Shown piece by piece: positions 28,614 through 38,018 of a stretch of 64,000 bases of DNA. This DNA comes from Alphaproteobacteria bacterium (GTDB lineage Bacteria; Pseudomonadota; Alphaproteobacteria; SP197), in the NCBI GenBank assembly GCA_964291415.2, contig OZ219918.1:608001-672000 (forward strand). The letters are read 5' to 3'. The notes under the pieces were generated by a model, which saw only the letters and a program-made list of their open reading frames with translations, was not told the DNA's origin and ran no database searches. Position numbers and translations under genes: made by a program. The stretch's first letter is position 1; each line of letters begins with the position of its first letter.

Positions 28614-28674
28614 GTGAGACCTCCGGATAGTCGTATGAGACCTCCGGATAGTCGTGTGAGACCTCCGGATAGTC
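28614..28674. repeat. 21-bp tandem repeat (about 3 copies) containing the ehuB Shine-Dalgarno
   Basis: (G/A)TGAGACCTCCGGATAGTCGT at 28614, 28635 and 28656 (last copy partial); minus strand reads GACTATCCGGAGGTCTCA. Confidence 0.95.
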
Positions 28675-28711
28675 CCTTGTAGGTGCGCCATCGTAGCACC
28701 TATTCACGCCA

Positions 28712-29881
28712 TCACAAGGAAGCCGTCAGCCGCCGCCCCACCTTGTCAAGAAACTCGAGCCCTTCGGCCAGTTCGCCGAGTTCGATGTACTCGTCCGGCT
28801 TGTGGGCGCGCTCGATGCTGCCGGGTCCGAAGACGATGGTCGAGTAGGCCGCTTCGCTGAAGTATCCCGCGTCCGTGCCGAAGGAGACGACATCCTCGCG
28901 ATTGAGGCCCGTCAGGCCCCTGACGAAGTTGATCGCGTCGCCGGCGTGATGGTCGTCGAGCCCCGGAACGCGGGCCTCGATGGTGGTCACGATATCGGCT
29001 TCGGGGCAGCGAGCGCGCATTTCCGGAACGAGCTGCTGCTCGCAGTAACGGCGGATGTCGTCGACGACATCCATCCCGTCGTCTCCCGGAAGCATGCGGA
29101 TTTCCCAGTCGAACTCGCACCAACCGGACGTGATGTTGCGCGCCGTTCCGCCGTTGATCCTGCCGACGTTGAGCGTTGGAAACGGTGGATCGTAGGGTGA
29201 TCCCGCGACGGGACCGGCGGCGCACCTGCGGGCGTGCTCCTCGATGCGGTTGATGATTCGCATGGCGTAGGCGATTGCGCTGACGCCGTTGAAGGGATTG
29301 CACGAATGGGCCTCAAGGCCCGTGACGACGGTATTGAGTTCGATTGCCCCCTTGTGGCCCGAAACGATCGTCATGCCGGTCGGTTCGCCGACGATGACGA
29401 TGCCGGGGCGCATGTGCTGCTTCGCCATATCCCGCAGCAGCACGGGCATGCCGAATCCGCCGATCTCCTCGTCATAGGTGAAGGCGATGTGAATGGGCCG
29501 CCGGAGTTCCATCGTCTGCCAGGCCGGGACCGATGCCAGGACGCAGGCAAGGAAGCCCTTCATGTCGACGGTGCCGCGGCCATGAAGGCGATCGCCGATC
29601 CGGGTCATCCGGAAGGGATCGGTCTTCCACTGCTGACCATCGACAGGAACGACATCCATGTGACCGCACAGCACGACACCGCCGTCCCTGGCCGGACCTA
29701 CGGTGGCGAAGACGTTGGCCCGTTCTCCTGACGGATCGAAACTCAGCGAACAGGAAATTCCCCGGGTCTCCAGAATGTCCCTGACGATATCCACGACATC
29801 GTGATTGGGCCTTCCCGAAACGCTCGGGCACGCGACCAGGCGCGAGAGAATGTCGACGACTGTATCGAGGTTCGCTTTCAT
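28712..29881 (-). CDS. argE: Acetylornithine deacetylase-like M20 amidohydrolase
   Basis: GHMDVVP, GRGTVDMKGF, YDEEIG, GEPT, HKG, AHKPDE. Confidence 0.88.
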   Translation of the reverse strand: MKANLDTVVDILSRLVACPSVSGRPNHDVVDIVRDILETRGISCSLSFDPSGERANVFATVGPARDGGVVLCGHMDVVPVDGQQWKTDPFRMTRIGDRLHGRGTVDMKGFLACVLASVPAWQTMELRRPIHIAFTYDEEIGGFGMPVLLRDMAKQHMRPGIVIVGEPTGMTIVSGHKGAIELNTVVTGLEAHSCNPFNGVSAIAYAMRIINRIEEHARRCAAGPVAGSPYDPPFPTLNVGRINGGTARNITSGWCEFDWEIRMLPGDDGMDVVDDIRRYCEQQLVPEMRARCPEADIVTTIEARVPGLDDHHAGDAINFVRGLTGLNREDVVSFGTDAGYFSEAAYSTIVFGPGSIERAHKPDEYIELGELAEGLEFLDKVGRRLTASL

Positions 29882-30004
29882 CTTGCCTCGCTTGGAAGGC
29901 ACGGACCGTACGCAGCGGGCGCAATCGTTGTAAAGTCCGTTGCCGCGGGAGGGCGCTTGCGGATAGCGTCCAGAAATCGGGCGCAGCACTGCGGGAACAG
30001 GTCG

Positions 30005-30784
30005 ATGGCGTGGAAACTGCTGTTTGTTTCGATGTTCGGCGAGCGTGAAGAGTTCGATCCCGTGAACTATCGCAGCATCTGTTCCTCGGGCCTCGAAAAG
30101 GACTGGATTGTGACCTGGCACGGCGAGGCCGCCGAACGGTCGGGCTTTTCGATGAGGGCCGTCGACATCTGCCGCGGGGATGCTCTTCCTGACGCCAGGC
30201 TTGTGGACTGCGCCATTCTTGGCGGAACGATGCATGTCATCGACGAGGATCGCGAATGGCTCGGCAGGCTGAAGGACTGGCTCGCCGCCTATCGCATGAC
30301 CGCGCGGCCCCTGCTCGCGGTCTGCGGCGGCCACCAGCTTCTCTCCACGCGCCTGGCTGACGGCAGGCTCGTCAACCGGCGCTCCGGCACCCTCGCGGGC
30401 ACCAGCGAGGTATGCCTGACGGAACGTGGCAGATCACATGAGCTGTTTGCGGGACTCGGGCCGACAGCACGATTTCACTTCGCCAACTACCTCGATGTCG
30501 AACCGTCGCCGGCGCAGCGCGCGAGCGTGCTCGCTGTCGACGGCGAGAGCGAAGGTCTCGCCATCGACCATGGTGGCCACTGGTACAGTACGCAGTTCCA
30601 TCCCGAGTCCCGCAAGGCGACCTGGGTGTGCACCTACGGCGCGTCGCACCCCGAACGGATCGCCGCCTACGACGACGGGCATGACGGCGCCGTGCTGATC
30701 GACAACTTCCTGAAGCTTGCCGCGTCGATCCTGCCCGCGGCAGAACGGACTGACGACTCGAGGCGCGCAGACCACGACGGATGA
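30005..30784 (+). CDS. Class I glutamine amidotransferase-like protein
   Basis: ILGG, AVCGGHQ (nucleophile Cys), QFHPE (His-Glu). Confidence 0.8.
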   Translation: MAWKLLFVSMFGEREEFDPVNYRSICSSGLEKDWIVTWHGEAAERSGFSMRAVDICRGDALPDARLVDCAILGGTMHVIDEDREWLGRLKDWLAAYRMTARPLLAVCGGHQLLSTRLADGRLVNRRSGTLAGTSEVCLTERGRSHELFAGLGPTARFHFANYLDVEPSPAQRASVLAVDGESEGLAIDHGGHWYSTQFHPESRKATWVCTYGASHPERIAAYDDGHDGAVLIDNFLKLAASILPAAERTDDSRRADHDG

Positions 30785-30869
30785 TCCGGCATCCGGCAGG
30801 CCGCAACCGGCGATCGTGCCAGCCACGGCCGAGGAAGCGCGAGGCCCTGCCGCTGCGGCCGTAGCCGGG

Positions 30870-31328
30870 CTACCTAGCGCGCCGCCGCGCCAGTGGCCGG
30901 TCCAGGATCTCCCTGATCACGAACGCCTCGCGCAGTGCATCCGGGGTGCCCAGCCGCGCACGTATCCGCTCCGAAAGCGCGTGGGCGGGGGAGGCGTGAG
31001 CGTGGGGCCGGGTCGTTCGTGGCGCGGTCGTGCCCCAGGGCGCGTGGTCGGCGGGCTCGGCGCCCGCACGTTGCGTCGTGCTCGCGGGCGCCGGACGTCC
31101 CGTTGCGCTGCGGCTCCAGGGACTCCGGCCCGACTCTGCCTTCCACGGCCGCGGTGGCGCGCGCCTGGTTTCCCCCTCCGACTCCCACACCGCATCCGGC
31201 TCCGGTTCCGCGTTGTTGCCGTAGGTGCCGTATCCGGGATGGGCCCCCGGATCGTCGCCGCGCTGCCTGGCGGCTTCTTCCTTCACGGCCTCGGCGACTT
31301 GCCGGAACCACGTTCTCAGACCCGCCAT
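30870..31328 (-). CDS. Hypothetical protein, YqfB-like position and C-terminus
   Basis: Directly downstream of floA; low complexity; ends LREAFVIREILDRPLARR. Confidence 0.6.
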   Translation of the reverse strand: MAGLRTWFRQVAEAVKEEAARQRGDDPGAHPGYGTYGNNAEPEPDAVWESEGETRRAPPRPWKAESGRSPWSRSATGRPAPASTTQRAGAEPADHAPWGTTAPRTTRPHAHASPAHALSERIRARLGTPDALREAFVIREILDRPLARRRAR

Positions 31329-31388
31329 GCCTCAATCTCCCGGGCGTTTCACGCGCCCGAGCAGTCGGTGATCGAATGCCTCCATGCG

Positions 31389-32402
31389 TCATCCCTCCTG
31401 CGTGGGCGCTGCGTCATCGCCGGTGCCTGCGATGCTCGTTCGCATCCGGGTGTCCGAAATGACGTTCTGCATGCCGTAGTAGTCCATCACGCCGAGGTTG
31501 CCGGCCCGGAACGCGTCCGCCATCGCCTTGGGCACCTCGGCCTCGGCGAGAACCACCTTGGCGCGGTTCTCCTGCACCAGCGCGACCATTTCCTGCTCCC
31601 TCGCGACGGCGAGCGCGCGCTGGCGCTCGGCCTGGGCCTGGGCCACCTGCTTCTCGGCCTCCGCCTGGTCGATCTTCAGGCGTGCCCCGATGTTGTCGCC
31701 AACATCGATGTCCGCAATGTCGATCGAGAGGATCTCGAACGCGGTGCCGGAATCGAGACCGCGCTCCAGCACAACCTTGGAGATGCGGTCGGGATTCTCC
31801 AGCACCGCCATGTGGTTGTCCGACGAACCGATGGTGGTGACGATGCCTTCGCCGACCCGGGCCACGATGGTTTCCTCGGTTGCGCCGCCGACCAGTCGAT
31901 CAAGGTTGGTGCGCACCGTGACCCGAGCCTTGACCTTGAGCTGGATGCCGTCGCCGGCGATGCCGTCGATGGTGTTGCGCGCCATCTGCCCGGAGGGCAC
32001 GTCGATAACCTTGGGGTTGACCGAGGTGCCGACGGCCTCCTGCACGTCGCGCCCCGCGAGATCGATTGCGCAGGCGCGGTCGTAGTCCAGCGTGATGTTG
32101 GCCTTGTGTGCCGAGATGAGCGCCTGCACCACGCGCGCGACGTTGCCGCCGGCGAGGTAGTGAGCCTCGAGCTGGTCGCCCGAGAGATCGATGCCCGCTT
32201 TCTTCGCGGTGATCCGCACCGTCACGATGACCGAGGGTTTCACCTTGCGGAAGCGCATGAAGATGATCTGGAGCAGGCTCACCGTCGCGTTGGAGAGAAT
32301 CGATTGCCACCACAGCCAGAAGGCACTCCAGAGGAACACGAAGAACACGATCGCGATCAGGGCGATGACGATCGCGAATATGAGATTCAAGTCGAAAAAC
32401 AT
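31389..32402 (-). CDS. floA: Flotillin-like protein FloA (YqfA, UPF0365)
   Basis: [54 protein letters not shown]. Confidence 0.93.
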   Translation of the reverse strand: MFFDLNLIFAIVIALIAIVFFVFLWSAFWLWWQSILSNATVSLLQIIFMRFRKVKPSVIVTVRITAKKAGIDLSGDQLEAHYLAGGNVARVVQALISAHKANITLDYDRACAIDLAGRDVQEAVGTSVNPKVIDVPSGQMARNTIDGIAGDGIQLKVKARVTVRTNLDRLVGGATEETIVARVGEGIVTTIGSSDNHMAVLENPDRISKVVLERGLDSGTAFEILSIDIADIDVGDNIGARLKIDQAEAEKQVAQAQAERQRALAVAREQEMVALVQENRAKVVLAEAEVPKAMADAFRAGNLGVMDYYGMQNVISDTRMRTSIAGTGDDAAPTQEG

Positions 32403-32421
32403 GGCGTCTTGCCTCCTCAGG

Positions 32422-32964
32422 TCACGACGTGACGTCGCGAGGTTCTTTGTCCGCCGCCGGAGCGACGAACACGATGGGACCGTCGATGTGCAGCACCACC
32501 ACCTTCTCGCCGCTTCCCAGGCTGCCGGTCTGCACCTGCACGTCGCACTCCCCGCCGGCGAAACGCGCTCGCCCCGAAGGCCGCGCCCGGGTCACCATAA
32601 GACCTTCCGCGCCGGGATGCACACCGACCACCTCGGCGTAGTGATGATAGCCCGCTTCAGCCGTGATCTCGCTCTTCGGAACAAGCCGGCGCGACTTGCG
32701 GATGCGTGCGAGGCCCCAGCGTCCGAGCACCACCGCAAGGACGGGAACGGCCACCGTCATGGCCCAACCGGCCACCTCGGCGGCGGCGAACGCATAGTGG
32801 ATCGCAGCGACGGCCGATGCGATCGAGGAGACCAGCAGGATCCCGAACGACACCACGAAGATCTCGAGGATCAGCAATGTGACGGCGAGAACGAGCAGTC
32901 CGAGCGAGAGCCCGAATGCCTGCCAGTCGACGTCGACTGCTGCCGAAAGGGCGGCGTTATCCAC
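32422..32964 (-). CDS. Short NfeD-like membrane protein (C-terminal OB fold)
   Basis: GTG start; LILEIFV TM segments; RPSGRA...DV...G.KV.V..IDG. Confidence 0.75.
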   Translation of the reverse strand: MDNAALSAAVDVDWQAFGLSLGLLVLAVTLLILEIFVVSFGILLVSSIASAVAAIHYAFAAAEVAGWAMTVAVPVLAVVLGRWGLARIRKSRRLVPKSEITAEAGYHHYAEVVGVHPGAEGLMVTRARPSGRARFAGGECDVQVQTGSLGSGEKVVVLHIDGPIVFVAPAADKEPRDVTS

Positions 32965-34573
32965 GATCGGTCTCCTCGCTGCCGTCGGCCACCGACCGCA
33001 CGACCACTTCGCCGAATTCAACCGACACCACCTCCACTGTCGCCCCCGCCGGCACGTAGGCGCCGTGTTCGGCCCGGGCGCGGATCGACTCTGCGCCGAG
33101 CCGTACCGTTCCGCCCGGGTGAAGTGCCTCGGCTGCCTTGCCGCGCCTGCCCAGCAACTCGCCGGCACGAGCCTCGATTGTGCCCGCGCTGGTCGCGGTC
33201 ACCTCGTCCGTCATCGCCAGGTGCCGGCGCAGAGCGGTGCTGCGCGGGAGGAACCGCATGGCGAGCACGGTGCCGACCACCACGATCCCCACCGCGGTCG
33301 CGCCGCCGAACGCGGCATCGGTCAGCGCATCGACGAAAACCGGGTCGTCGAAGTCGAACGTCATCTCGTTCGGCACGAACGCGAGCACGAGACCGGTGAA
33401 CCCTGCCGCTCCGCCGAGTGCCCCGAGCAGCCCGCCGCCCACTGTCGTGTAGATTTCGAGGGCGACGAGGCCAATGCCGATCACGATCAGCAACAGTTCG
33501 ATGTTCTCGATGAGGTCGAGGGAGTACTGGGCAAGGAGGAATCCCGTCCCGAGCAGGGCGGCCAGAGCAACCCACAGGCCGACACCCGGTGTCTTCAGTT
33601 CGAACAGCAGGAAGAGCACCGCGAGACCCGCCAGGATCGGCGCGAACCGCGACAGCGCCCAGGCTGCCCGCTCGATTCCCCGTGGCGAAAGATCGACGAC
33701 ATCGTCCGCGGTGACGCCGAGCCGCTCGTGCATCGCGTCGAGATCGGCGACGTTGCCGGTCGCCATGTCGAACATCACCGCCTCGCGGCCGGTCAGCGTC
33801 AGCAGGCGATCCGGACCGCGATAGACGATGACCTGAGTCGGATCGTCGCGGTCGACTTCGGGATGCGCGGCGAGGAACTCCGGGAGGTCATCCTCTATGA
33901 CGTATTCCGCTGGCCCGCCCGGCGGGGTGACCCGGTAGAGCGACTGCTTGTGTGCGGTCATCTTGAGCAGCATCCCGCGGTTCCAGCCGCGCTGCTCCGC
34001 CGCCTGTGTCAAAAGGGTGCGCACCACGGTCTCGAACTTCTCCGGGGCGTACTTGATCTCCCCTTCCGGGGACTGGAACACGACGCCGATGTCGCCGATG
34101 GACGCGGTCTCGCTGAGGTACACCTCCTCGTGGGCGTAGGCGATCAGCGCGCCGGCGGAAATCGCGCGGAAATCAATGAAGGCGACAGTCCGGATTCCGT
34201 CCGCCTCCAGATCGAGGATGCGCTTGAACATGGAGCGCGCGTAGTGGACCGCCCCGCCATCGGTGTCGATGCGTACGAGAAGGGTGTCGACACCCTCGGC
34301 CTGTGCCTGCTCGATGGCGCGGGCGAGGTAGCGGTCGGAGTGGCGATCGATGACGTCGTCAATCTCCATGTAGCCGACGACGCCATGGTCCGTGGCGGCG
34401 GAAATCCCATCCTCGGTGGCCGCCGCATACGCCGCAGCCAGGAGGAGACACCCCGCGAGCCATGCGGCGAGCCCGGCGCGCGCCTTGGTGGCCGTTCGAA
34501 CGCTTGTTCCGGTGACCCCGGCCCTCGACGATGCGAGGCCGCGCGCAAGACATGGCAGGAGGACGGAGCGCAT
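32957..34573 (-). CDS. Long NfeD/YqeZ-type membrane-bound ClpP-class protease
   Basis: IDTDGG, AISAGALIA, LLTLT, ELKTPGVG, C-terminal LHPGG OB fold. Confidence 0.85.
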   Translation of the reverse strand: MRSVLLPCLARGLASSRAGVTGTSVRTATKARAGLAAWLAGCLLLAAAYAAATEDGISAATDHGVVGYMEIDDVIDRHSDRYLARAIEQAQAEGVDTLLVRIDTDGGAVHYARSMFKRILDLEADGIRTVAFIDFRAISAGALIAYAHEEVYLSETASIGDIGVVFQSPEGEIKYAPEKFETVVRTLLTQAAEQRGWNRGMLLKMTAHKQSLYRVTPPGGPAEYVIEDDLPEFLAAHPEVDRDDPTQVIVYRGPDRLLTLTGREAVMFDMATGNVADLDAMHERLGVTADDVVDLSPRGIERAAWALSRFAPILAGLAVLFLLFELKTPGVGLWVALAALLGTGFLLAQYSLDLIENIELLLIVIGIGLVALEIYTTVGGGLLGALGGAAGFTGLVLAFVPNEMTFDFDDPVFVDALTDAAFGGATAVGIVVVGTVLAMRFLPRSTALRRHLAMTDEVTATSAGTIEARAGELLGRRGKAAEALHPGGTVRLGAESIRARAEHGAYVPAGATVEVVSVEFGEVVVRSVADGSEETDRG

Positions 34574-34577
34574 TCCG

Positions 34578-35024
34578 TCAGTTCCCCGTGCCGTCGCTTT
34601 CGAGCATCGCGGTCGCGAGCACGTCGGGCAGTCTCTGCATGACCGGCACGGGAATCGTGGTCGCCTGCGACCACGTGACCGCGTAGTCGCCGCCGTCGCG
34701 CCTGCGGTAGACGAGGAAGAGCCTGCCGTCGTCGGAGATTGCCAGCTCGGCCCATTCGTTGTGATAGAAGCTGTCGAGGTCCGCGGCGTCTACCACGGTG
34801 GCGAGTCGCAGCCGCTGGGGACGGCTCGCCGGATCCATCACCGTCAGCACTTCGGGAACGGCCGCTGCCGCACGTTCGAGCGCATCGCTGAGCAGCGCGT
34901 CGAGTTCGTATCTGCGTGCCTCTGGAAACGCGCTCCAGCGGATCAGAATCTGGGCGCGAAGCCGAGCAAGGGGCTCGCCCCCGGAGGAAGCGGCTCCTTG
35001 GTCCGATTGGGCTGCATCCGACAT
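34578..35024 (-). CDS. Hypothetical protein leading the nfeD/floA operon
   Basis: 148-aa ORF ending 4 nt before the nfeD start; no recognised motif. Confidence 0.55.
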   Translation of the reverse strand: MSDAAQSDQGAASSGGEPLARLRAQILIRWSAFPEARRYELDALLSDALERAAAAVPEVLTVMDPASRPQRLRLATVVDAADLDSFYHNEWAELAISDDGRLFLVYRRRDGGDYAVTWSQATTIPVPVMQRLPDVLATAMLESDGTGN

Positions 35025-35203
35025 GGCTCCATTGTCGGGATTGAGACGCGTTGCGACAAGTGCGGCCGCGACGGAACCTCATCGACACTGACCGCGAATG
35101 CGCCAGGCGCAGCGGCTCATTGGGAGCATGGCGCAACAACTCGCATTGGCGAGGAGACCGCCGAAGACCGTGCCGACCAGGGGGATTGACCGGCCCGTTG
35201 CCT

Positions 35204-36463
35204 TCAGGCTTCCCAGAGCAGCCGGACTGGAATCGCGTAGAGCCGGGAGCTGACCCGTTGGATGCGTTGGCCATCGTGAAGAACGATGCCGCAGACAAAC
35301 CTCTTGCCGAGGACATCTCTGAGACGCCGCAGTCCCCTGAAGTCCCGGGGGAGCGCCGTTGCCGCAGCCTTGACCTCAACCGCGACAATGTCTCCGGGCG
35401 AACGCTCCAGGATGAAGTCGACCTTGATCCCGTCCTTGTCGCGGTAGTGGCTGACGGTTGTCTGGTCGTGGTCGAGGGCCATGGCCTTGGCAAGTTCTCC
35501 GTAGACGAAGCTCTCCAGGAGTGGACCCGACTTCTGGCGGTCCCTCGCGATTGCGGCCACGTCCGTGCGTCGGAGCGATGCGAGAAGGCCGGAATCCAGG
35601 AAGTGCAGCTTCGGTGTCCGGACGAGCCGTTTCAGGTTGTTGTTGTGCCAGGCGGGAGTGCGCCGGAGCAGGAACATGCGTTCGAGAAGGACGAGCCAGC
35701 GGTCCACGGTCTTGCCATCCACACCAAGATGCGATCCAAGGCCGGACATGTTGAGCAACTGGCCCGTCGACACTGCCGCGTGCCGGATCAGGCGGACCAG
35801 TTCATTGCGTCTTCCGATCGGAGCAATGTCGGCGACATCGCGTTCGGCAAGCGCGCGCGCATAGGCGTTGAGCCAGGCACGGCGCCGTGCCGGCGTCGTG
35901 CGGAAGAGGGCCGAGGGAAAGCCTCCGCCCACGACCCGGTCGAGGAGATCCGCAGAAGCTTGCGTTTCCCCGATGCTCGGGAAATCGCCGGCAAATGCGC
36001 GGTCAAGGAAGCGGGACGGTCCGGTACCGGCAATCTCTGCTTGAGAAAACGGCAGGAGCTCAATGGTCTCGACGCGGCCGGCCAGAGAATCCGGGGAGAG
36101 TGTTCCCTTGAAGAGATCGACGGATCCCGTCAACAGGAAACGTCCCGGAGAGGGATTCTCGTCAACATCGCGCTTGATTGCCAGAATGAGTTCAGGCGCG
36201 CGCTGGATCTCGTCAATCACGGCAGGTTGCAGACCACGGACAAACCCGACGGGATCGTCCCTGGCGAAGCGCCGGGACTGGTCATCATCCAGGGTGACGA
36301 ACGTGCGGCCGTCATCTTCGGCGATCCGCCGTGCCAGCGTCGTCTTGCCGGACTGCCGGGGTCCGACGATGGCAACGACACGCGTGTCGGTGAGCGCCAG
36401 GCGAACCGGAGTTTCGGCGTGCCGGAGCACGAAGGGGTCGATACGTGCCGTCTGATCCGGCAT
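35204..36463 (-). CDS. AAA+ ATP-binding protein with DUF4143 (COG1373-like)
   Basis: GPRQSGKTT, IDEIQR, LTGS, SLAGR, PKLHFLDSGL, VDFILE, EVKA. Confidence 0.88.
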   Translation of the reverse strand: MPDQTARIDPFVLRHAETPVRLALTDTRVVAIVGPRQSGKTTLARRIAEDDGRTFVTLDDDQSRRFARDDPVGFVRGLQPAVIDEIQRAPELILAIKRDVDENPSPGRFLLTGSVDLFKGTLSPDSLAGRVETIELLPFSQAEIAGTGPSRFLDRAFAGDFPSIGETQASADLLDRVVGGGFPSALFRTTPARRRAWLNAYARALAERDVADIAPIGRRNELVRLIRHAAVSTGQLLNMSGLGSHLGVDGKTVDRWLVLLERMFLLRRTPAWHNNNLKRLVRTPKLHFLDSGLLASLRRTDVAAIARDRQKSGPLLESFVYGELAKAMALDHDQTTVSHYRDKDGIKVDFILERSPGDIVAVEVKAAATALPRDFRGLRRLRDVLGKRFVCGIVLHDGQRIQRVSSRLYAIPVRLLWEA

Positions 36464-36561
36464 GACGTGCCGTCCAATCCGGAATGAGTCAGCGTCCAAT
36501 CCGGTATAGACCATAGTGCATGCGGGTGGAAGGGCTCAAACAATGCGGGCCCTTGAGCGCG

Positions 36562-37251
36562 TCAGACTCCGAGATATCGATGGAGAGTGGCGTCGTCGAG
36601 TTCGGCGGGGCTGCCGCGCCATGCGGTGCGGCCCTTCTCGAGAATGACGCAACGCGTGGCGTTGGCGAGGAGGTCGCCGACGACCTTGTCGACAAGAAGG
36701 ATCGACTGGCCCGTGGCCTTCAGGATGGCGATGGCTTGCCAGATGTCGCGGCGCACGGTAGGGGCCAGGCCTTCGGTCGCTTCGTCCATGACAAGGAGTT
36801 TCGGATTGGTCATGAGGGCGCGGCCGATCGCCAGCATCTGCTGTTCGCCCCCGGAGAGCGTTGACGCCTCCCGGGAAAGATGCGGCTTCAACGCAGGGAA
36901 GAGTTCCAGGATGCGCGGCATGTCCCACGCTCCCCGCCTGGCCGCCACGACGAGGTTCTCGTGCACAGTCAGGTTCGCAAAACACCGGCGCCCCTCGGGA
37001 ACCAGGCCGATGCCGGAGCGGGCAATGTGGTGGGGCTGGGCGCCCAGAACATTCTCGTCCTCGAGGAGAATCGTCCCCCGGCATGGCCTCATGAGACCGC
37101 ACAGGGCCCTGATGGTCGTCGTCTTTCCCATGCCGTTTCGCCCCATGAGAGCCACCACCTCTCCGGCGGCGACGTCAAGATCGACACCGAAGAGCGCCTG
37201 GGCCGGTCCGTACCAGGCCTCCAGGTTCTCGATGGCAAGGAGACTTGTCAC
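36562..37251 (-). CDS. livF: Branched-chain amino acid-type ABC ATPase
   Basis: GRNGMGKTT, VPEGRR, LSGGEQQMLAIGRAL. Confidence 0.88.
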   Translation of the reverse strand: MTSLLAIENLEAWYGPAQALFGVDLDVAAGEVVALMGRNGMGKTTTIRALCGLMRPCRGTILLEDENVLGAQPHHIARSGIGLVPEGRRCFANLTVHENLVVAARRGAWDMPRILELFPALKPHLSREASTLSGGEQQMLAIGRALMTNPKLLVMDEATEGLAPTVRRDIWQAIAILKATGQSILLVDKVVGDLLANATRCVILEKGRTAWRGSPAELDDATLHRYLGV

Positions 37252-38018
37252 GGGTGTTCCACTCCCAGATAGGCGGCACGCACCGCGTCGTCGGAGCGGA
37301 TCGCATCGGGTCGTCCGGTAGCGATGAGCCGGCCGTCAACGAGAACCGAGATCCTGTCGGCGAGGGCAAAGACCGCATCCATGTCGTGCTCGACGAGGAG
37401 CACCGGCGCGGTCTGGCGCAGGGAATCGAGGAGGCCGATCAGCATGCGCGATCCTTCCTGGTCCAGGCCGGCCATGGGCTCGTCGAGAAGGAAGGCGGCG
37501 GGCTCCAGGGCAAGGGCGATGGCGATCTCGAGAAGCCGCCGTTCACCATGGCTGATTTCCGAAACCCGTTCCCGGTGCCGCGAGTCGAGACCAACCCGCT
37601 CGAGGCACTGTCGCGCCAGACTCCGCAGTTCCCTGTCCCGGGCGACGGGAGCGAAGAACCGCATGCTCTCTCCCAGGCGTCCCAGGTGGGCAAGCATGAC
37701 GTTCTCCAGAACCGTGAACTCCGGGATGAGGGACGAGATCTGAAAGGTGCGCGCCATTCCGAGGCGGGCCCTTTGGGCGGCACTCATCTGGCCGATGTCG
37801 CGGCCCTGGAAACGGATGGACCCGCTGTCCGGGGCGAGGTCGCCGGCCACCTGCCTGATGAAGGTGGACTTGCCGGCTCCGTTGGGACCGATCAGCGCAT
37901 GGATCTCTCCGGTGACGAGATCGAGAGAGACGGCGTCATTGGCCCTGACGGCGCCGAAGCTTCTGGTCAGGCCGGCGACGTCGAGCACGACCGGCGCCAT
38001 GTCGGGCTCAGCCGTCAT
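37248..38018 (-). CDS. livG: Branched-chain amino acid-type ABC ATPase
   Basis: GPNGAGKST, RTFQ, LLDEP, VEHDM, AYLG. Confidence 0.88.
   Translation of the reverse strand: MTAEPDMAPVVLDVAGLTRSFGAVRANDAVSLDLVTGEIHALIGPNGAGKSTFIRQVAGDLAPDSGSIRFQGRDIGQMSAAQRARLGMARTFQISSLIPEFTVLENVMLAHLGRLGESMRFFAPVARDRELRSLARQCLERVGLDSRHRERVSEISHGERRLLEIAIALALEPAAFLLDEPMAGLDQEGSRMLIGLLDSLRQTAPVLLVEHDMDAVFALADRISVLVDGRLIATGRPDAIRSDDAVRAAYLGVEHP

Noticed and set aside
28614-28674. 21-bp repeats as a mini-CRISPR array
   Set aside because: The copies are directly adjacent with no spacers, and there are no cas genes
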